Positions 29,073-39,685 of a stretch of DNA of 64,000 bases are shown here, piece after piece. Origin of the DNA: Lachnospiraceae bacterium (GTDB lineage Bacteria > Bacillota > Clostridia > Lachnospirales > Lachnospiraceae); the NCBI GenBank assembly GCA_045628025.1, contig JAZQOU010000006.1, positions 44,968-108,967 on the forward strand, in the 5' to 3' direction. The number at the start of each line of letters is the position of its first letter. Positions within the stretch are counted from its first letter, which is position 1. The notes beneath the pieces are model-generated. The model did no database searches, had not been told where the DNA came from, and worked only from the letters and a program-made list of their open reading frames with translations. A program made the translations under genes and the position numbers.

Positions 29073-29122
29073 GTATATTATGGAATTTATTGTTGTTACT
29101 AAAAGGGAAGGGTAGTAATACA

Positions 29123-31237
29123 ATGGAAAAATTTAACGTTGCAGATATTTTTGGAGAAAACGTCTTCAATGATTCTGTTATGCAGGAGCGTCTTCCTAAA
29201 AAGACATATCAAAAGCTGAAGCAGACAATTTCAGAAGGAAAGGATATGGATCCGGAAACAGCTGATGTTGTTGCTCATGAGATGAAAGAATGGGCCATTG
29301 AAAAAGGCGCTACGCATTTTACACATTGGTTTCAGCCACTTACAGGCATTACAGCTGAAAAGCATGACTCTTTTATTTCAGCACCAATGCCGAATGGAAA
29401 AGTACTTATGAGCTTTTCTGGAAAAGAACTGATTAAGGGAGAACCAGATGCATCCTCATTTCCATCAGGTGGGTTAAGAGCAACCTTTGAGGCAAGAGGA
29501 TATACAGCTTGGGATCCAACTTCACCAGCTTTTATTAAAAATACGGCAGGTGGAGCAACTCTTTGCATTCCTACAGCATTTTGTTCTTATACTGGGGAGG
29601 CCCTAGATCAAAAGACACCTCTTTTAAGATCTATGCAGGCTTTGAATACGCAAACTATTAGATTCCTAAGACTGATGGGAAATACAACAAGCACAAGTGT
29701 TTTACCTTCTGTTGGAGTCGAACAGGAATATTTTATAGTTGACAGAGAAAACTATCTGAAGCGTAAGGACTTGATGTATACAGGTCGTACTCTTTTTGGA
29801 GCAATGCCACCAAAGGGTCAGGAAATGGATGACCATTATTTTGGAGTAATTCAGGAACGTATTGCGGCCTTTATGAGAGATGTAGATATAGAGCTTTGGA
29901 AGCTTGGTGTATCATCAAAAACTGAGCATAATGAGGTTGCACCTGCGCAACATGAATTAGCACCTATATATGCACAGGCCAATGTGGCTGTTGATCATAA
30001 TCAGATTATTATGGAAACACTTAAGCGTGTTGCTGGTCATCATGGATTACAGTGTCTTCTTCATGAAAAGCCTTTTGCTGGTGTTAATGGATCTGGTAAG
30101 CATAACAACTGGTCTATAGTAACAGATGATGGTATAAATCTTTTTGAACCTGGTAAGGAACCACATAATAATACACAGTTTTTATTAGTTTTATGTTGTG
30201 TAATGCAGGCCGTTGATAGACATGCAGATTTGCTTAGAGAGTCTGCTGCAGATGTAGGAAATGATCATAGACTTGGTGCTGATGAAGCACCACCAGCTAT
30301 TATTTCAATTTTCCTTGGAGAGCAGCTTGAAGATGTTTTACAGCAGGTGTTAAACGAAGGAGAAGCAACACATTCTATAAAGGGTGAAAAGCTCAATACC
30401 GGAGTAAATGCACTTCCTGATTTTAGAAAGGATGCTACAGATAGAAATAGAACCTCGCCATTTGCTTTTACAGGAAATAAATTTGAATTTAGAATGGTTG
30501 GCTCTAGAGATTCAGTAGGAGAACCAAATATTGTTCTTAATACAATTATGGCTGAAAGTCTTGCTGAAGTGTGTGATATTCTTGAAAAGTCTGACGATGT
30601 TGAAAAGACAGCAAATGAACTTATCAAGAAAATGGCAGCAGAGCATGAGCGAATTATTTTTAATGGAAACGGATACTCAGATGAGTGGGTAATAGAGGCA
30701 GAAAAAAGAGGCTTACCAAATATTAAATCAATGGTTGAAGCTATTCCTGCCCTTACTACAGAAAAATCTGTAAAGCTGTTTGAAAAGTTCGGCGTATTTA
30801 ATAAAACAGAGCTTGAATCAAGAGCTGAGATTGAATATGAGCAGTATGCAAAAGCATTAAATATTGAAGCAAAGACAATGATAGATGTTACTAGCAAGCA
30901 GATTATTCCAGCTGTAATGAAGTATTCAACGGAGATAGCAATTAATATAAATGCAATTGTAGATGCATGTCCTGATGCTGATGTTAGCACACAGCGTGAG
31001 CTTCTTTTAGAAATAACTGATAAGCTTACAGAAACAAGACTTGCATTAGCAAAGCTGGTTGATGAGGCTGCAGAAGGTAAGATAATCAAGGATACATGTG
31101 AGAGAGCAAATTATTATCATAGTCATGTCGCAGAGACTATGTTAGAGCTCAGAAGTCCTATTGATAGACTTGAAATGATTGTTGATAAGGATTATTGGCC
31201 AATGCCTTCATATGGAGATTTGATTTTCGAAGTTTAG
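29123..31237 (+). CDS. Glutamine synthetase type III
   Basis: [69 protein letters not shown]; start ATG 29123. Confidence 0.96.
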   Translation: MEKFNVADIFGENVFNDSVMQERLPKKTYQKLKQTISEGKDMDPETADVVAHEMKEWAIEKGATHFTHWFQPLTGITAEKHDSFISAPMPNGKVLMSFSGKELIKGEPDASSFPSGGLRATFEARGYTAWDPTSPAFIKNTAGGATLCIPTAFCSYTGEALDQKTPLLRSMQALNTQTIRFLRLMGNTTSTSVLPSVGVEQEYFIVDRENYLKRKDLMYTGRTLFGAMPPKGQEMDDHYFGVIQERIAAFMRDVDIELWKLGVSSKTEHNEVAPAQHELAPIYAQANVAVDHNQIIMETLKRVAGHHGLQCLLHEKPFAGVNGSGKHNNWSIVTDDGINLFEPGKEPHNNTQFLLVLCCVMQAVDRHADLLRESAADVGNDHRLGADEAPPAIISIFLGEQLEDVLQQVLNEGEATHSIKGEKLNTGVNALPDFRKDATDRNRTSPFAFTGNKFEFRMVGSRDSVGEPNIVLNTIMAESLAEVCDILEKSDDVEKTANELIKKMAAEHERIIFNGNGYSDEWVIEAEKRGLPNIKSMVEAIPALTTEKSVKLFEKFGVFNKTELESRAEIEYEQYAKALNIEAKTMIDVTSKQIIPAVMKYSTEIAININAIVDACPDADVSTQRELLLEITDKLTETRLALAKLVDEAAEGKIIKDTCERANYYHSHVAETMLELRSPIDRLEMIVDKDYWPMPSYGDLIFEV

Positions 31238-31263
31238 CAAAAATAAAAATGAATAAAAATATT

Positions 31264-31300
31264 ACAGGTCACACTTACTAATGTAAGGTGACCTGTTTTT
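31264..31300. terminator. Terminator between the convergent GS-III gene and yigZ
   Basis: ACAGGTCAC-A-CTTAC-TAAT-GTAAG-GTGACCTGT-TTTT. Confidence 0.8.
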
Positions 31301-31934
31301 AACATTTTACGGAGTAATAAGTTTCATCATCAGCTTTAATTATAGCTGCACCACTTGTTTTATCAATAATAGACTTAGTAATTGGATCGTATAGCTCGGA
31401 TGGAATAATAACTTTTATTTCAACATTATTCGCATAGTTTATATTATCTGCGGTAAGATGATTTTCTCTTAATATATATTCGATTTTTCCAAGACCGTTA
31501 TAGTCAGTGGTAATAGAGCATGGGATCCCCTTTTTTTGAATAAGTAATTCACAATTTTTTAGTCCTTCAATGACGGCTCCCTGGTATGCTCTTACAAGAC
31601 CACCAGTGCCTAGAAGAACTCCACCAAAGTATCTAGTAACAACAACACATACATTATGAATTCCTTCGTTGAGTAGAACATCTAACATAGGTCTTCCTGC
31701 GGTTCCAGATGGTTCACTGTCATCTGAGCATCGGGTTATTTCATTATTATCACCAATGCAAAAGGCAGAGCAATTATGTCTTGCGTCCCAATATTTCTTT
31801 TTCATAGAATTTATAAAAGCAGTAGCTTCTTCTTCAGTTGAAACGGGAATAATTGTTGCAATAAATCTGGATTTTTTTTCTATAATTTCACCACTTCCGC
31901 CTGTATTTATAATTTTAAATTCTTTATTAGTCAT
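31299..31934 (-). CDS. yigZ: YigZ/IMPACT family protein
   Basis: EKKSRFIA, ARHNCSAF, SDDSEPSGTAGRPML, VTRYFGGVLLGTGGLVRAY; start ATG 31934 after AAGGA. Confidence 0.94.
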   Translation of the reverse strand: MTNKEFKIINTGGSGEIIEKKSRFIATIIPVSTEEEATAFINSMKKKYWDARHNCSAFCIGDNNEITRCSDDSEPSGTAGRPMLDVLLNEGIHNVCVVVTRYFGGVLLGTGGLVRAYQGAVIEGLKNCELLIQKKGIPCSITTDYNGLGKIEYILRENHLTADNINYANNVEIKVIIPSELYDPITKSIIDKTSGAAIIKADDETYYSVKC

Positions 31935-32066
31935 ATAATAATCCTTGTGTATAAATGTAGTGTTTTGTGGGGACTTTCTTGTTACTTTATAGGCTTTATT
32001 ATACATAAAAATTTTGATATAATAAAGAAACTTATGGGCGCTAATATGGCGCGTGAGGTTGAAGAT

Positions 32067-34694
32067 ATGAATTATGGTAAAGAAAGTGTAGCAAAACAAC
32101 AAAAGAAACTTGCTGCAGCTGGTAAAAAAAGAAAAAAGAAACGTTTTCATTTGCTGAGAACAGTATGCATATTAGTATTATCTATTATTATAGGAGCTGG
32201 ATTATTTGCAGGTTTGTATGCAAAGAGCCTGATAGATGATTTGCCTAATGTTGCAACAATAGATATATCTCCAACGGGATATATGAGTACAGTATATGAT
32301 ATGTCAGGGAATAAGATAGAGACCCTGGCTTCTTCTGGTGCCAATAGAACATATGTCACACTAGATAAAATACCTGTAGATTTGCAGCATGCATTTGTTG
32401 CAATAGAAGATGAGAGATTTTATGAGCATGGTGGTATTGATATTAAAGGTATCATTAGAGCTGGTATCGATGGTGTGTTGGCAGGATTTCATTTTAGTCA
32501 GGGAGCTTCAACAATAACTCAGCAGCTTTTGAAAAACAATTACTTCACGACGTGGACATCTGAAAAGACAAAGATGGACAGTGTTAACAGAAAAATTCAA
32601 GAGCAGTATTTGGCTATTCAGCTTGAGAAAATAACTTCAAAAGATACAATTTTGGAAAATTATCTTAATAGTATTAACCTGGGGCAGAATACACTTGGTG
32701 TTCAGGCTGCAGCAGAAAGATACTTTAATAAAAACGTAGCTGATTTGACTTTGTCAGAGTGTGCTGTTATTGCAAGTATTACTCAGAATCCGTCAAAGTA
32801 TAATCCTATTACACATCCAGAAGAGAACTTTACTAGACGCAAAAAGGTTCTTGATAATATGCTAAAGCATGACTATATCACTGAAGCAGCATATAAAGAA
32901 GCTATTGCTGATGATGTATACGATAGAATTGAGATAGTAAATAATGAGATAGCAGGTGGAAGTACAACTTATTTTGTTGATGCTTTAACAGATTCTGTAG
33001 TTGAAGATCTTGTTACACAGTATAACTATACTGAGTCACAGGCATATCAGATGCTTTATTCGGGTGGTTTAAAAATATACTCTACACAAAATTCTTCTAT
33101 TCAGAGTATTGTGGATAGAGAAGTAAATAATACCGATAATTATAATGGAATAGAAAAGGTTTCATTTTCGTATCGTTTGACAGTAAACAAGGCAGATGGC
33201 TCTACGAAGAATTACAGTGATGTAACAATGCTTTCCTTTTATCAAGCATCAAATCCAAAGTATGATATAAATTATGCTTCAGAAGAAGATGCGGCAGCAG
33301 CAATTGAAAAATATAAGGAAGCAATAATGGAACCGGGAGATACTATACCAGAAGCTGGTGAGACGGTAACATATACTCTTCAGCCTCAAGCGGCAATGAC
33401 TGTTATGGATCACCAGACAGGAGCTGTTGTTGCAATGACAGGTGGAAGAGGAACGAAAAAGGCTTCCAAAACGCTTAATAGAGCAACAGGAATAACTAGA
33501 CAACCAGGATCAACTTTTAAGATTATAGCAACCTATGCAGCAGCACTAGATGCCGGTGGATTGACGTTAGCATCTGTTGAAGATGATCATCCAACGACAT
33601 ATTCTGATGGAACACCATTATCTAATTATGATGATCACTATAGAGGATATACCAATTTAAGAACGGCAATTACATATTCCATAAATGTAGTTACTGTTGA
33701 AGCTTTGTCACAGATAGGAACAGGCTTAGGCTATAGATATGTATGTGACTTGGGAATTAATACGCTTGTCGAAGGTGATAATAATGAGGCTCTTGCACTT
33801 GGTGGTATTACAAATGGTGTAACAAATGAAGAGCTTACATCAGCGTATGCAACAATAGCAAATGGTGGTACATATAATAAGCCATATTATTATACTCAGG
33901 TAGTAGATCACCAAGGAAATGTAGTTCTTGAGAACCAGCCTGGCAATAATCAGACAAGAAAGGTGTTAAAAGAAACTACAGCATGGTTGTTAACATCTGC
34001 AATGAAAGATGTTATGACAAGTGGTACAGGTGGACCTGCTAATTTCTCTGGAATGGCTGTTGCAGGAAAGTCTGGTACTACAACTAAGAATAGAGATACA
34101 ATTTTTGCAGGTTTTACCCCATATTATACAGCTGTTATATGGGGTGGATATGATGACAATACGCCACAGAGCTATACTACATATTCAAAGAATATATGGA
34201 AGGCAGTAATGAGCAGTATTCATTCAGGTCTTGAGTATAGAGACTTTGTTCAGCCAGAAGGTATAGTTCAAGTGACTGTTTGCCGTAAGTCTGGAAAACT
34301 GGCAGTTCCTGGACTATGCGATTGCGACCCTAGAGGTTCACAGGCTTATACAGAGTATTTTGAGGAAGGCACAGAGCCTACGGAGAATTGTGACAGACAT
34401 TGGGCTGGAGCAGTTTGTAATGAGACACATGGTGTAGCAACAGCATTCTGTCCATCAACGACAGCGGGTATATTTATTATAGATGGAAGCGTTGGTAGTG
34501 ACGATGAAGGCTGTAGAGTAGATGTTGCCAATGGTACTTGTTATCATGCTGGAGGCCCATTAACTCCTGGCGTTGTTAATTTTATTAATCAGGTTGCAAA
34601 TAGTAGAGCACAACAAGGTCTTGCTTCATTAGATCAGGTGGCTAATGAGTTTGATATAGCAACTGATAATAATTCAGAGGGTGGAGCAAATTAG
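32067..34694 (+). CDS. Class A penicillin-binding protein (PBP1A-like)
   Basis: EDERFYEHGG, GASTITQQL, RKIQE; transpeptidase motifs STFK, SIN, KSG; Cys-rich tail; start likely ATG 32067 or 32046. Confidence 0.95.
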   Translation: MNYGKESVAKQQKKLAAAGKKRKKKRFHLLRTVCILVLSIIIGAGLFAGLYAKSLIDDLPNVATIDISPTGYMSTVYDMSGNKIETLASSGANRTYVTLDKIPVDLQHAFVAIEDERFYEHGGIDIKGIIRAGIDGVLAGFHFSQGASTITQQLLKNNYFTTWTSEKTKMDSVNRKIQEQYLAIQLEKITSKDTILENYLNSINLGQNTLGVQAAAERYFNKNVADLTLSECAVIASITQNPSKYNPITHPEENFTRRKKVLDNMLKHDYITEAAYKEAIADDVYDRIEIVNNEIAGGSTTYFVDALTDSVVEDLVTQYNYTESQAYQMLYSGGLKIYSTQNSSIQSIVDREVNNTDNYNGIEKVSFSYRLTVNKADGSTKNYSDVTMLSFYQASNPKYDINYASEEDAAAAIEKYKEAIMEPGDTIPEAGETVTYTLQPQAAMTVMDHQTGAVVAMTGGRGTKKASKTLNRATGITRQPGSTFKIIATYAAALDAGGLTLASVEDDHPTTYSDGTPLSNYDDHYRGYTNLRTAITYSINVVTVEALSQIGTGLGYRYVCDLGINTLVEGDNNEALALGGITNGVTNEELTSAYATIANGGTYNKPYYYTQVVDHQGNVVLENQPGNNQTRKVLKETTAWLLTSAMKDVMTSGTGGPANFSGMAVAGKSGTTTKNRDTIFAGFTPYYTAVIWGGYDDNTPQSYTTYSKNIWKAVMSSIHSGLEYRDFVQPEGIVQVTVCRKSGKLAVPGLCDCDPRGSQAYTEYFEEGTEPTENCDRHWAGAVCNETHGVATAFCPSTTAGIFIIDGSVGSDDEGCRVDVANGTCYHAGGPLTPGVVNFINQVANSRAQQGLASLDQVANEFDIATDNNSEGGAN

Positions 34695-34705
34695 TAGGAG
34701 AAATC

Positions 34706-36025
34706 ATGGCTAAAACTCAGAAAAGAAAAGTTGATAATAGTTTAAAAAATCAGCTTCTGACAAGAACTGTTTTGCCTTTAGTGCTTATGCTGGTTGTTGT
34801 ATCGGCTGTGAGTATTTGGGTGTTATCTGGTTCAATGGCATCTCAGGCACAAAACGAGTTGAAGAATGCGGCAGATCTTACAATGGATATCTATGATGAG
34901 TTATATCCTGGCACATTTGACATTGAAATGGATGAGAATTCTGGAACATATACTGTCAAAAAAGGTGATGCAGATATAACGGGAGATTATAAAATTGTAG
35001 ATCGTATCTCTGAAAATTTAGACGTTGATATAACACTTTTTTGTAGAAATATTAGAGTAATTACATCTCTTGAGGATGAAAACGGTAATAGATACATTAC
35101 TACAAAAGCTGCAACAGTTGTTGAAGAAGAAGTTTTATCAACAGGTACAGCTAAGTTTTATTCTAATGTTAAGGTTGGTGATGTAGCGAGCTATGCATAT
35201 TATGAGCCAATAAGATTAGAAGATGGTACGATATATGGAATGATTGGTGTTTGTAAAAATGCTACGGAGATAAACAAAAAAGCTAGGAATTCAATATGGC
35301 CAATTGTTTTGACATGTTTATTAGGAACTATCTTAGTTGGCATAGCAACATTATCTTCTTCAACAAGAATGATAAGCAGAATTAATAAAATTCAACATTT
35401 TACGAAGGTAGTAGCCTCAGGCGACTTTAGTAAAGAAATGCCTCAGGCTGCAATTAAAGGAAATGATGAGTTATCTGAGCTTGCAAGAGATAGCAAAAAG
35501 ATGCAACAGGCGATAAAGCTGTTAGTAGAGTATGATGCATTAACAAAGCTTCATAATAGACGTTATGGAGACAAGCAGTTAAAAGAAGTTGTAAAGAAAA
35601 GTGAAAATAATGGAATGTCATTTTGCGTGGGCATATGTGATATAGACTTCTTTAAAAAGGTAAATGACACTTATGGTCATGATGCTGGAGATGCTGTCTT
35701 AAGAGTTGTTGCTGACTGCTTGAAGAAAGGAATGCAGGGACGTGGCTTTGTGGCAAGATGGGGTGGAGAAGAATTTTTGCTTGTATTTGAAAATGCAACG
35801 GAAGATAAAGCTGGAGAGTATTTACTTGAAATATTGAAGGATATTCGTTCTAAGGTAATTACGTATGATGGACAAAAGATTAAGGTAACAATGTCAATGG
35901 GAGTAACAAACTGTACTACGTCTGAGCCTATTGACGAAATGTTAAAAAGAGCAGATTTAAGATTATATTATGCAAAAGAGCATGGAAGAAATCAGATAAT
36001 CTGTAATATGGTTGATGGTGAATAA
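34706..36025 (+). CDS. Membrane diguanylate cyclase (Cache-like, HAMP, GGEEF)
   Basis: DALTKLHNRR, DIDFFKKVNDTYGHDAGD, RWGGEEF, AKEHGRN. Confidence 0.94.
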   Translation: MAKTQKRKVDNSLKNQLLTRTVLPLVLMLVVVSAVSIWVLSGSMASQAQNELKNAADLTMDIYDELYPGTFDIEMDENSGTYTVKKGDADITGDYKIVDRISENLDVDITLFCRNIRVITSLEDENGNRYITTKAATVVEEEVLSTGTAKFYSNVKVGDVASYAYYEPIRLEDGTIYGMIGVCKNATEINKKARNSIWPIVLTCLLGTILVGIATLSSSTRMISRINKIQHFTKVVASGDFSKEMPQAAIKGNDELSELARDSKKMQQAIKLLVEYDALTKLHNRRYGDKQLKEVVKKSENNGMSFCVGICDIDFFKKVNDTYGHDAGDAVLRVVADCLKKGMQGRGFVARWGGEEFLLVFENATEDKAGEYLLEILKDIRSKVITYDGQKIKVTMSMGVTNCTTSEPIDEMLKRADLRLYYAKEHGRNQIICNMVDGE

Positions 36026-36058
36026 ATAGCTGTAAAAGAAAACTAATAATTTGTATGA

Positions 36059-36364
36059 TTACAAAATAATATCTTTTATATTGTCGAAAGGTATCTGTGT
36101 TGTAACAAGGGTTATAATCCGGCGGGTCTTGTCTATGGATGAGACTTTGCCGGTTTTTTGTATATAAGCACCTTGTGTATAATAGATAATTGTAATAATA
36201 TCGCCAAGGGATACAGAAGAAAGCTTGTAGTCAAGAAACTCAAGCATTTCTTCTGAAAGAGAACTTTTTTCCACTTCGATTCTTTCTTTAGCAGCAATTG
36301 CATCATAAAGTCCCTCAAGTGCATTAAAGGGAGCGAATATAGCAGCTCTATCAGCTCTGGCCAC
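36059..36364 (-). CDS. YolD-like protein
   Basis: RAAIFAPFNALEG motif; overlaps the end of the Y-family polymerase gene. Confidence 0.85.
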   Translation of the reverse strand: MARADRAAIFAPFNALEGLYDAIAAKERIEVEKSSLSEEMLEFLDYKLSSVSLGDIITIIYYTQGAYIQKTGKVSSIDKTRRIITLVTTQIPFDNIKDIIL

Positions 36365-37616
36365 TTTTGTGTCCTCCTATTTGTCTGTTTCTTTCTATTG
36401 TTGTACCAGCTTCGTCAAGATTAATTCCTTTTAGAATAGAATTTTTACCAAATTTGTCTTTGATGGAGTTGACAGATTGACCGAGTTTTCTGTCTTTTTC
36501 CATTATTTCTGGATTTGTGAAGAAATCATACTGTTCAAATGACTCATCAACCAGATTGTTACAGGAAATATTAAGTCGCCTTATAAGGTTATCATGATTT
36601 ACTATCTTGTGATAGAGCTTCAGAAAATATTCTGTAATAACTCGAACAGAATTTGTTGTAACAGTCATAGTAATGCTTCCATTTTCTGAAGGTTTTGTGT
36701 CTTTACTATAACCAATCATTAAAGAAACATTGTTGGAAACAAGATGCTGGTCAACTAAGTCTAGGCATAGTAAATCAACCATTTCCTTAAGTATAACCTC
36801 TGCTTCTTCAAAGGTGTAATCTCTAGGAAGAACCTGACCACTGGACAAAGACTTGGATTTTTGTCTGTAGTTTTTTATCTGAGCAATTGTAGTGGGTTCA
36901 ATACCTTTTGAATGATCAATTAGATATTCAGCTTCTACACCAAATGCTTTATAGAGAATTTTTTCGGGAGTATTGGCGATGTCTCTTTGAGTAAGAATCC
37001 CCATTGAAGCAAGCTTTTTTGCTGTGCCAGGACCGATTCTCCAAAAGTCTGTAAGTGGCTTGTAATCCCATAATTTTTCTTTGAAGCTGTTTTCGTCTAG
37101 CTCAGCAACATAATCGATAGCGTGTTTAGCCATAATGTCTAAAGCTATTTTGGCTAGATACATGTTAGAGCCAATACCACATGTGGCGCGAAGACCAAGG
37201 GTGTTGTATATATCTGTCATAATGGTTAGTGCCAGCTCTCTAGCAGTCATATTATACAAAGACAGATATGCTGAAACATCCAAAAAACATTCATCTATGG
37301 AGTAGACGTGAATATCTTCTTTGGCAATATATTTAAGATAAATGCCATAAATCTCAGCGGATTTATCAATATAAAGTTGCATTCTTGGAGAGGCCATTAT
37401 GTAGTCAATATCAGGAGGAATCTCAAATACTCTGCATCGATTTTTTACTCCTAATGCTTTCATAGCTGGCGAAATAGCCAGACAAATAGTACCATTCATT
37501 CTCTCAGGGTCTGCCACAACTAGTCGGGTAGTCATGGGATCAAGCCCTCTTGATACGCACTCAACAGAAGCATAAAATGACTTTAAATCAATGACCATAT
37601 ATGTTTTATTTTGCAT
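36351..37616 (-). CDS. Y-family DNA polymerase (UmuC/UvrX-like)
   Basis: IDLKSFYASVEC, YSIDECFLD, WRIGPGT, RNRQIGGHK; start ATG 37616 preferred. Confidence 0.94.
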   Translation of the reverse strand: MQNKTYMVIDLKSFYASVECVSRGLDPMTTRLVVADPERMNGTICLAISPAMKALGVKNRCRVFEIPPDIDYIMASPRMQLYIDKSAEIYGIYLKYIAKEDIHVYSIDECFLDVSAYLSLYNMTARELALTIMTDIYNTLGLRATCGIGSNMYLAKIALDIMAKHAIDYVAELDENSFKEKLWDYKPLTDFWRIGPGTAKKLASMGILTQRDIANTPEKILYKAFGVEAEYLIDHSKGIEPTTIAQIKNYRQKSKSLSSGQVLPRDYTFEEAEVILKEMVDLLCLDLVDQHLVSNNVSLMIGYSKDTKPSENGSITMTVTTNSVRVITEYFLKLYHKIVNHDNLIRRLNISCNNLVDESFEQYDFFTNPEIMEKDRKLGQSVNSIKDKFGKNSILKGINLDEAGTTIERNRQIGGHKSGQS

Positions 37617-37622
37617 AAACCC

Positions 37623-37651
37623 AATATAGCACAAAACATATGTTCTAACAA
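37623..37651 (-). promoter_or_regulatory. SigA promoter with a Firmicutes-type LexA box in the spacer
   Basis: Minus strand TTGTTA-N17-TATATT; spacer holds GAACATATGTTT (37645-37634), matching GAAC-N4-GTTY. Confidence 0.82.
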
Positions 37652-37742
37652 GACTGACATTGTATAATAAAATAATATGTTTTATTGATGATATTATGTA
37701 TAATTAAATAGTTGATTTTAGATTGTCTGAAAGGAAGATATT

Positions 37743-38894
37743 ATGAAGATATTGGCTTTATCCTGGAGAGATATAAAAGCACCAAAATCTGGTGGAGCAG
37801 AGGTTCATTCTCATGAGCTGTTTAAGTGTTTGAAAATGGCGGGATATGACGTTGTGAGTTTTACACCTGATTATGAAGGTGGGGCAAAGTCAGAAATAAT
37901 AGATGGTATAACCTATATTCGTTCTGGAGGGACTTTATCAGTTATTAATGAAGCTAGAAAATATTACAAAAAACATGCTGATGAGTTTGACTATGTAATT
38001 GATCAGTGCAATACACATAGATTTTTTACAAAGTATTGGGTGCCTGCTAAAAAACGTATTTTTTATATACATCAGTTAACAAGAGAAATATGGGATATAA
38101 ATGCAAAGTTTCCTGTTAATGTAATCGGAAAGATTACAGAATCCCCTATGTTAAAAATGAATAATAAAGATTGGGCTATTACTGTTTCTGATTCTACAAA
38201 GCAGGAGCTAATAGAACAGGGATTTGATGAAAATAAAATATTTATTGTTCCTAATGGACTGTCGGAAAAACTATTTGTTGAGTATAAAAAATATCCAAAA
38301 GATGTTGTGCCAACATTTATATACGTGGGTAGATATGTAAAATATAAGGGCATTGATATATGCGTGGAGGCAGTTGGAAAGCTTAGAGAGCAGGGGATAC
38401 CTGCCAGGCTTTGGATTCTGGGAAAACGCGATGATGAATATATAAAAAGCGAGCTTATTCCAATTTGTGAAAAATATGGGATGACATCGAGCAATGATAT
38501 GTCAGAGAATAGCGATATTACATTTTGCGGTTTTATTTCGGATGAGGACAAACTAGAGCTTCAGGGAAGAGCACATGCTCTTTTATTCCCATCAATAAGA
38601 GAAGGCTGGGGAATAATTGTGTCTGAAGCGGCATGCATGGGAACACCAAGTATTGTTTTTGATTCGCCAGGGTGCAGAGATGCCGTTAATAAAGGTAAGT
38701 CTGGATACTTATGCAAGGATAACTCAGTGGATGGGCTGGTTGAACAAATGCTTTTATCTATAAATGATACAGAATTGTATGAGAAGATGCAGCAGGCAGC
38801 CTTTGATTACACTACGCAGTTTACATGGGAAAAGAATCAAACAATAGTAAAGAACATGATGGAAACAATAGAGTTAGCAAAAACTAAAAAGTAA
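37743..38894 (+). CDS. Glycosyltransferase family 4
   Basis: WRDIKAPKSGGAE, YVGRYVKYKG, PSIREGWGIIVSEAACMGTP. Confidence 0.92.
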   Translation: MKILALSWRDIKAPKSGGAEVHSHELFKCLKMAGYDVVSFTPDYEGGAKSEIIDGITYIRSGGTLSVINEARKYYKKHADEFDYVIDQCNTHRFFTKYWVPAKKRIFYIHQLTREIWDINAKFPVNVIGKITESPMLKMNNKDWAITVSDSTKQELIEQGFDENKIFIVPNGLSEKLFVEYKKYPKDVVPTFIYVGRYVKYKGIDICVEAVGKLREQGIPARLWILGKRDDEYIKSELIPICEKYGMTSSNDMSENSDITFCGFISDEDKLELQGRAHALLFPSIREGWGIIVSEAACMGTPSIVFDSPGCRDAVNKGKSGYLCKDNSVDGLVEQMLLSINDTELYEKMQQAAFDYTTQFTWEKNQTIVKNMMETIELAKTKK

Positions 38895-38935
38895 TCATTA
38901 AGAATACATTTAAAGAATGTAAAGAGGGTGAAGAA

Positions 38936-39685
38936 ATGGAAGATATAGAAACTCATTTGTTGGAAATAAAAGATTTTTCCCAGGGATATAATCGAGTTAC
39001 AAAGGTTGTAAATAATTTAAATATTTGCGTTGACTCTGGCGAAATATATGGATTTATTGGACATAATGGAGCAGGTAAAAGTACAACAATAAAATCTATA
39101 GTTGGAATATTACAGATAGACTTTGGTGATATATTACTTGAGGGAACAAGTATAAAAGATCATAGAAGAGATTGCCAGAAAAAGATGGCTTACATTCCTG
39201 ATAATCCTGACTTATATGGGTATATGACAGGAATAGACTATATTAATTATATTGCCGATATATTTATGGTGCCAAATGAAGATAGAAATACCAGAATAAA
39301 GGCGATGGCAGATGATTTTGAAATAACCTCTGCTCTTGGAGATTTAATTTCATCATATTCGCATGGCATGAAACAAAAGGTAGCTCTTATAGCGGCATTT
39401 GTTCATGAACCTAAATTATTAGTTCTAGATGAACCTTTTGTGGGTCTTGATCCAAAAGCTACAGCTGTATTAAAGAGATATATGAGAGAAATATGTGATA
39501 GAGGAAATGCTATTTTCTTTTCTACTCATGTGCTTGATGTTGCAGAAAGATTATGTGATAGAGTAGGAATGATAGATCATGGAAATCTATTGTTTGATGG
39601 AAGCATGCAGGATGTGCTCAAAGAGGGGACTCTTGAAGATATTTTCCTTAAAAAGCTTTCTGACGAGGTGGTAGACAATGCATAA
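38936..39685 (+). CDS. ABC exporter ATP-binding protein
   Basis: GHNGAGKS, YSHGMKQK, LDEPFVGLDP, STH. Confidence 0.93.
   Translation: MEDIETHLLEIKDFSQGYNRVTKVVNNLNICVDSGEIYGFIGHNGAGKSTTIKSIVGILQIDFGDILLEGTSIKDHRRDCQKKMAYIPDNPDLYGYMTGIDYINYIADIFMVPNEDRNTRIKAMADDFEITSALGDLISSYSHGMKQKVALIAAFVHEPKLLVLDEPFVGLDPKATAVLKRYMREICDRGNAIFFSTHVLDVAERLCDRVGMIDHGNLLFDGSMQDVLKEGTLEDIFLKKLSDEVVDNA

Noticed and set aside
30265-31089. 274-aa antisense ORF inside GS-III, and similar ones at 43569-44390, 49297-49938, 57460-58050, 60304-61146 and 1376-1891
   Set aside because: Shadow frames opposite well-supported genes, Ser/Ile-rich and with no recognisable motifs
31935-32150. Overlapping N-terminal extensions of yigZ and PBP1A in the ORF track
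   Set aside because: Better SD-supported starts at 31934 (-) and 32067 (+); the interval is a divergent promoter region
36059-37651. Y-polymerase/YolD cassette as evidence of a prophage or ICE
   Set aside because: No integrase, att-like repeats or phage/conjugation genes nearby
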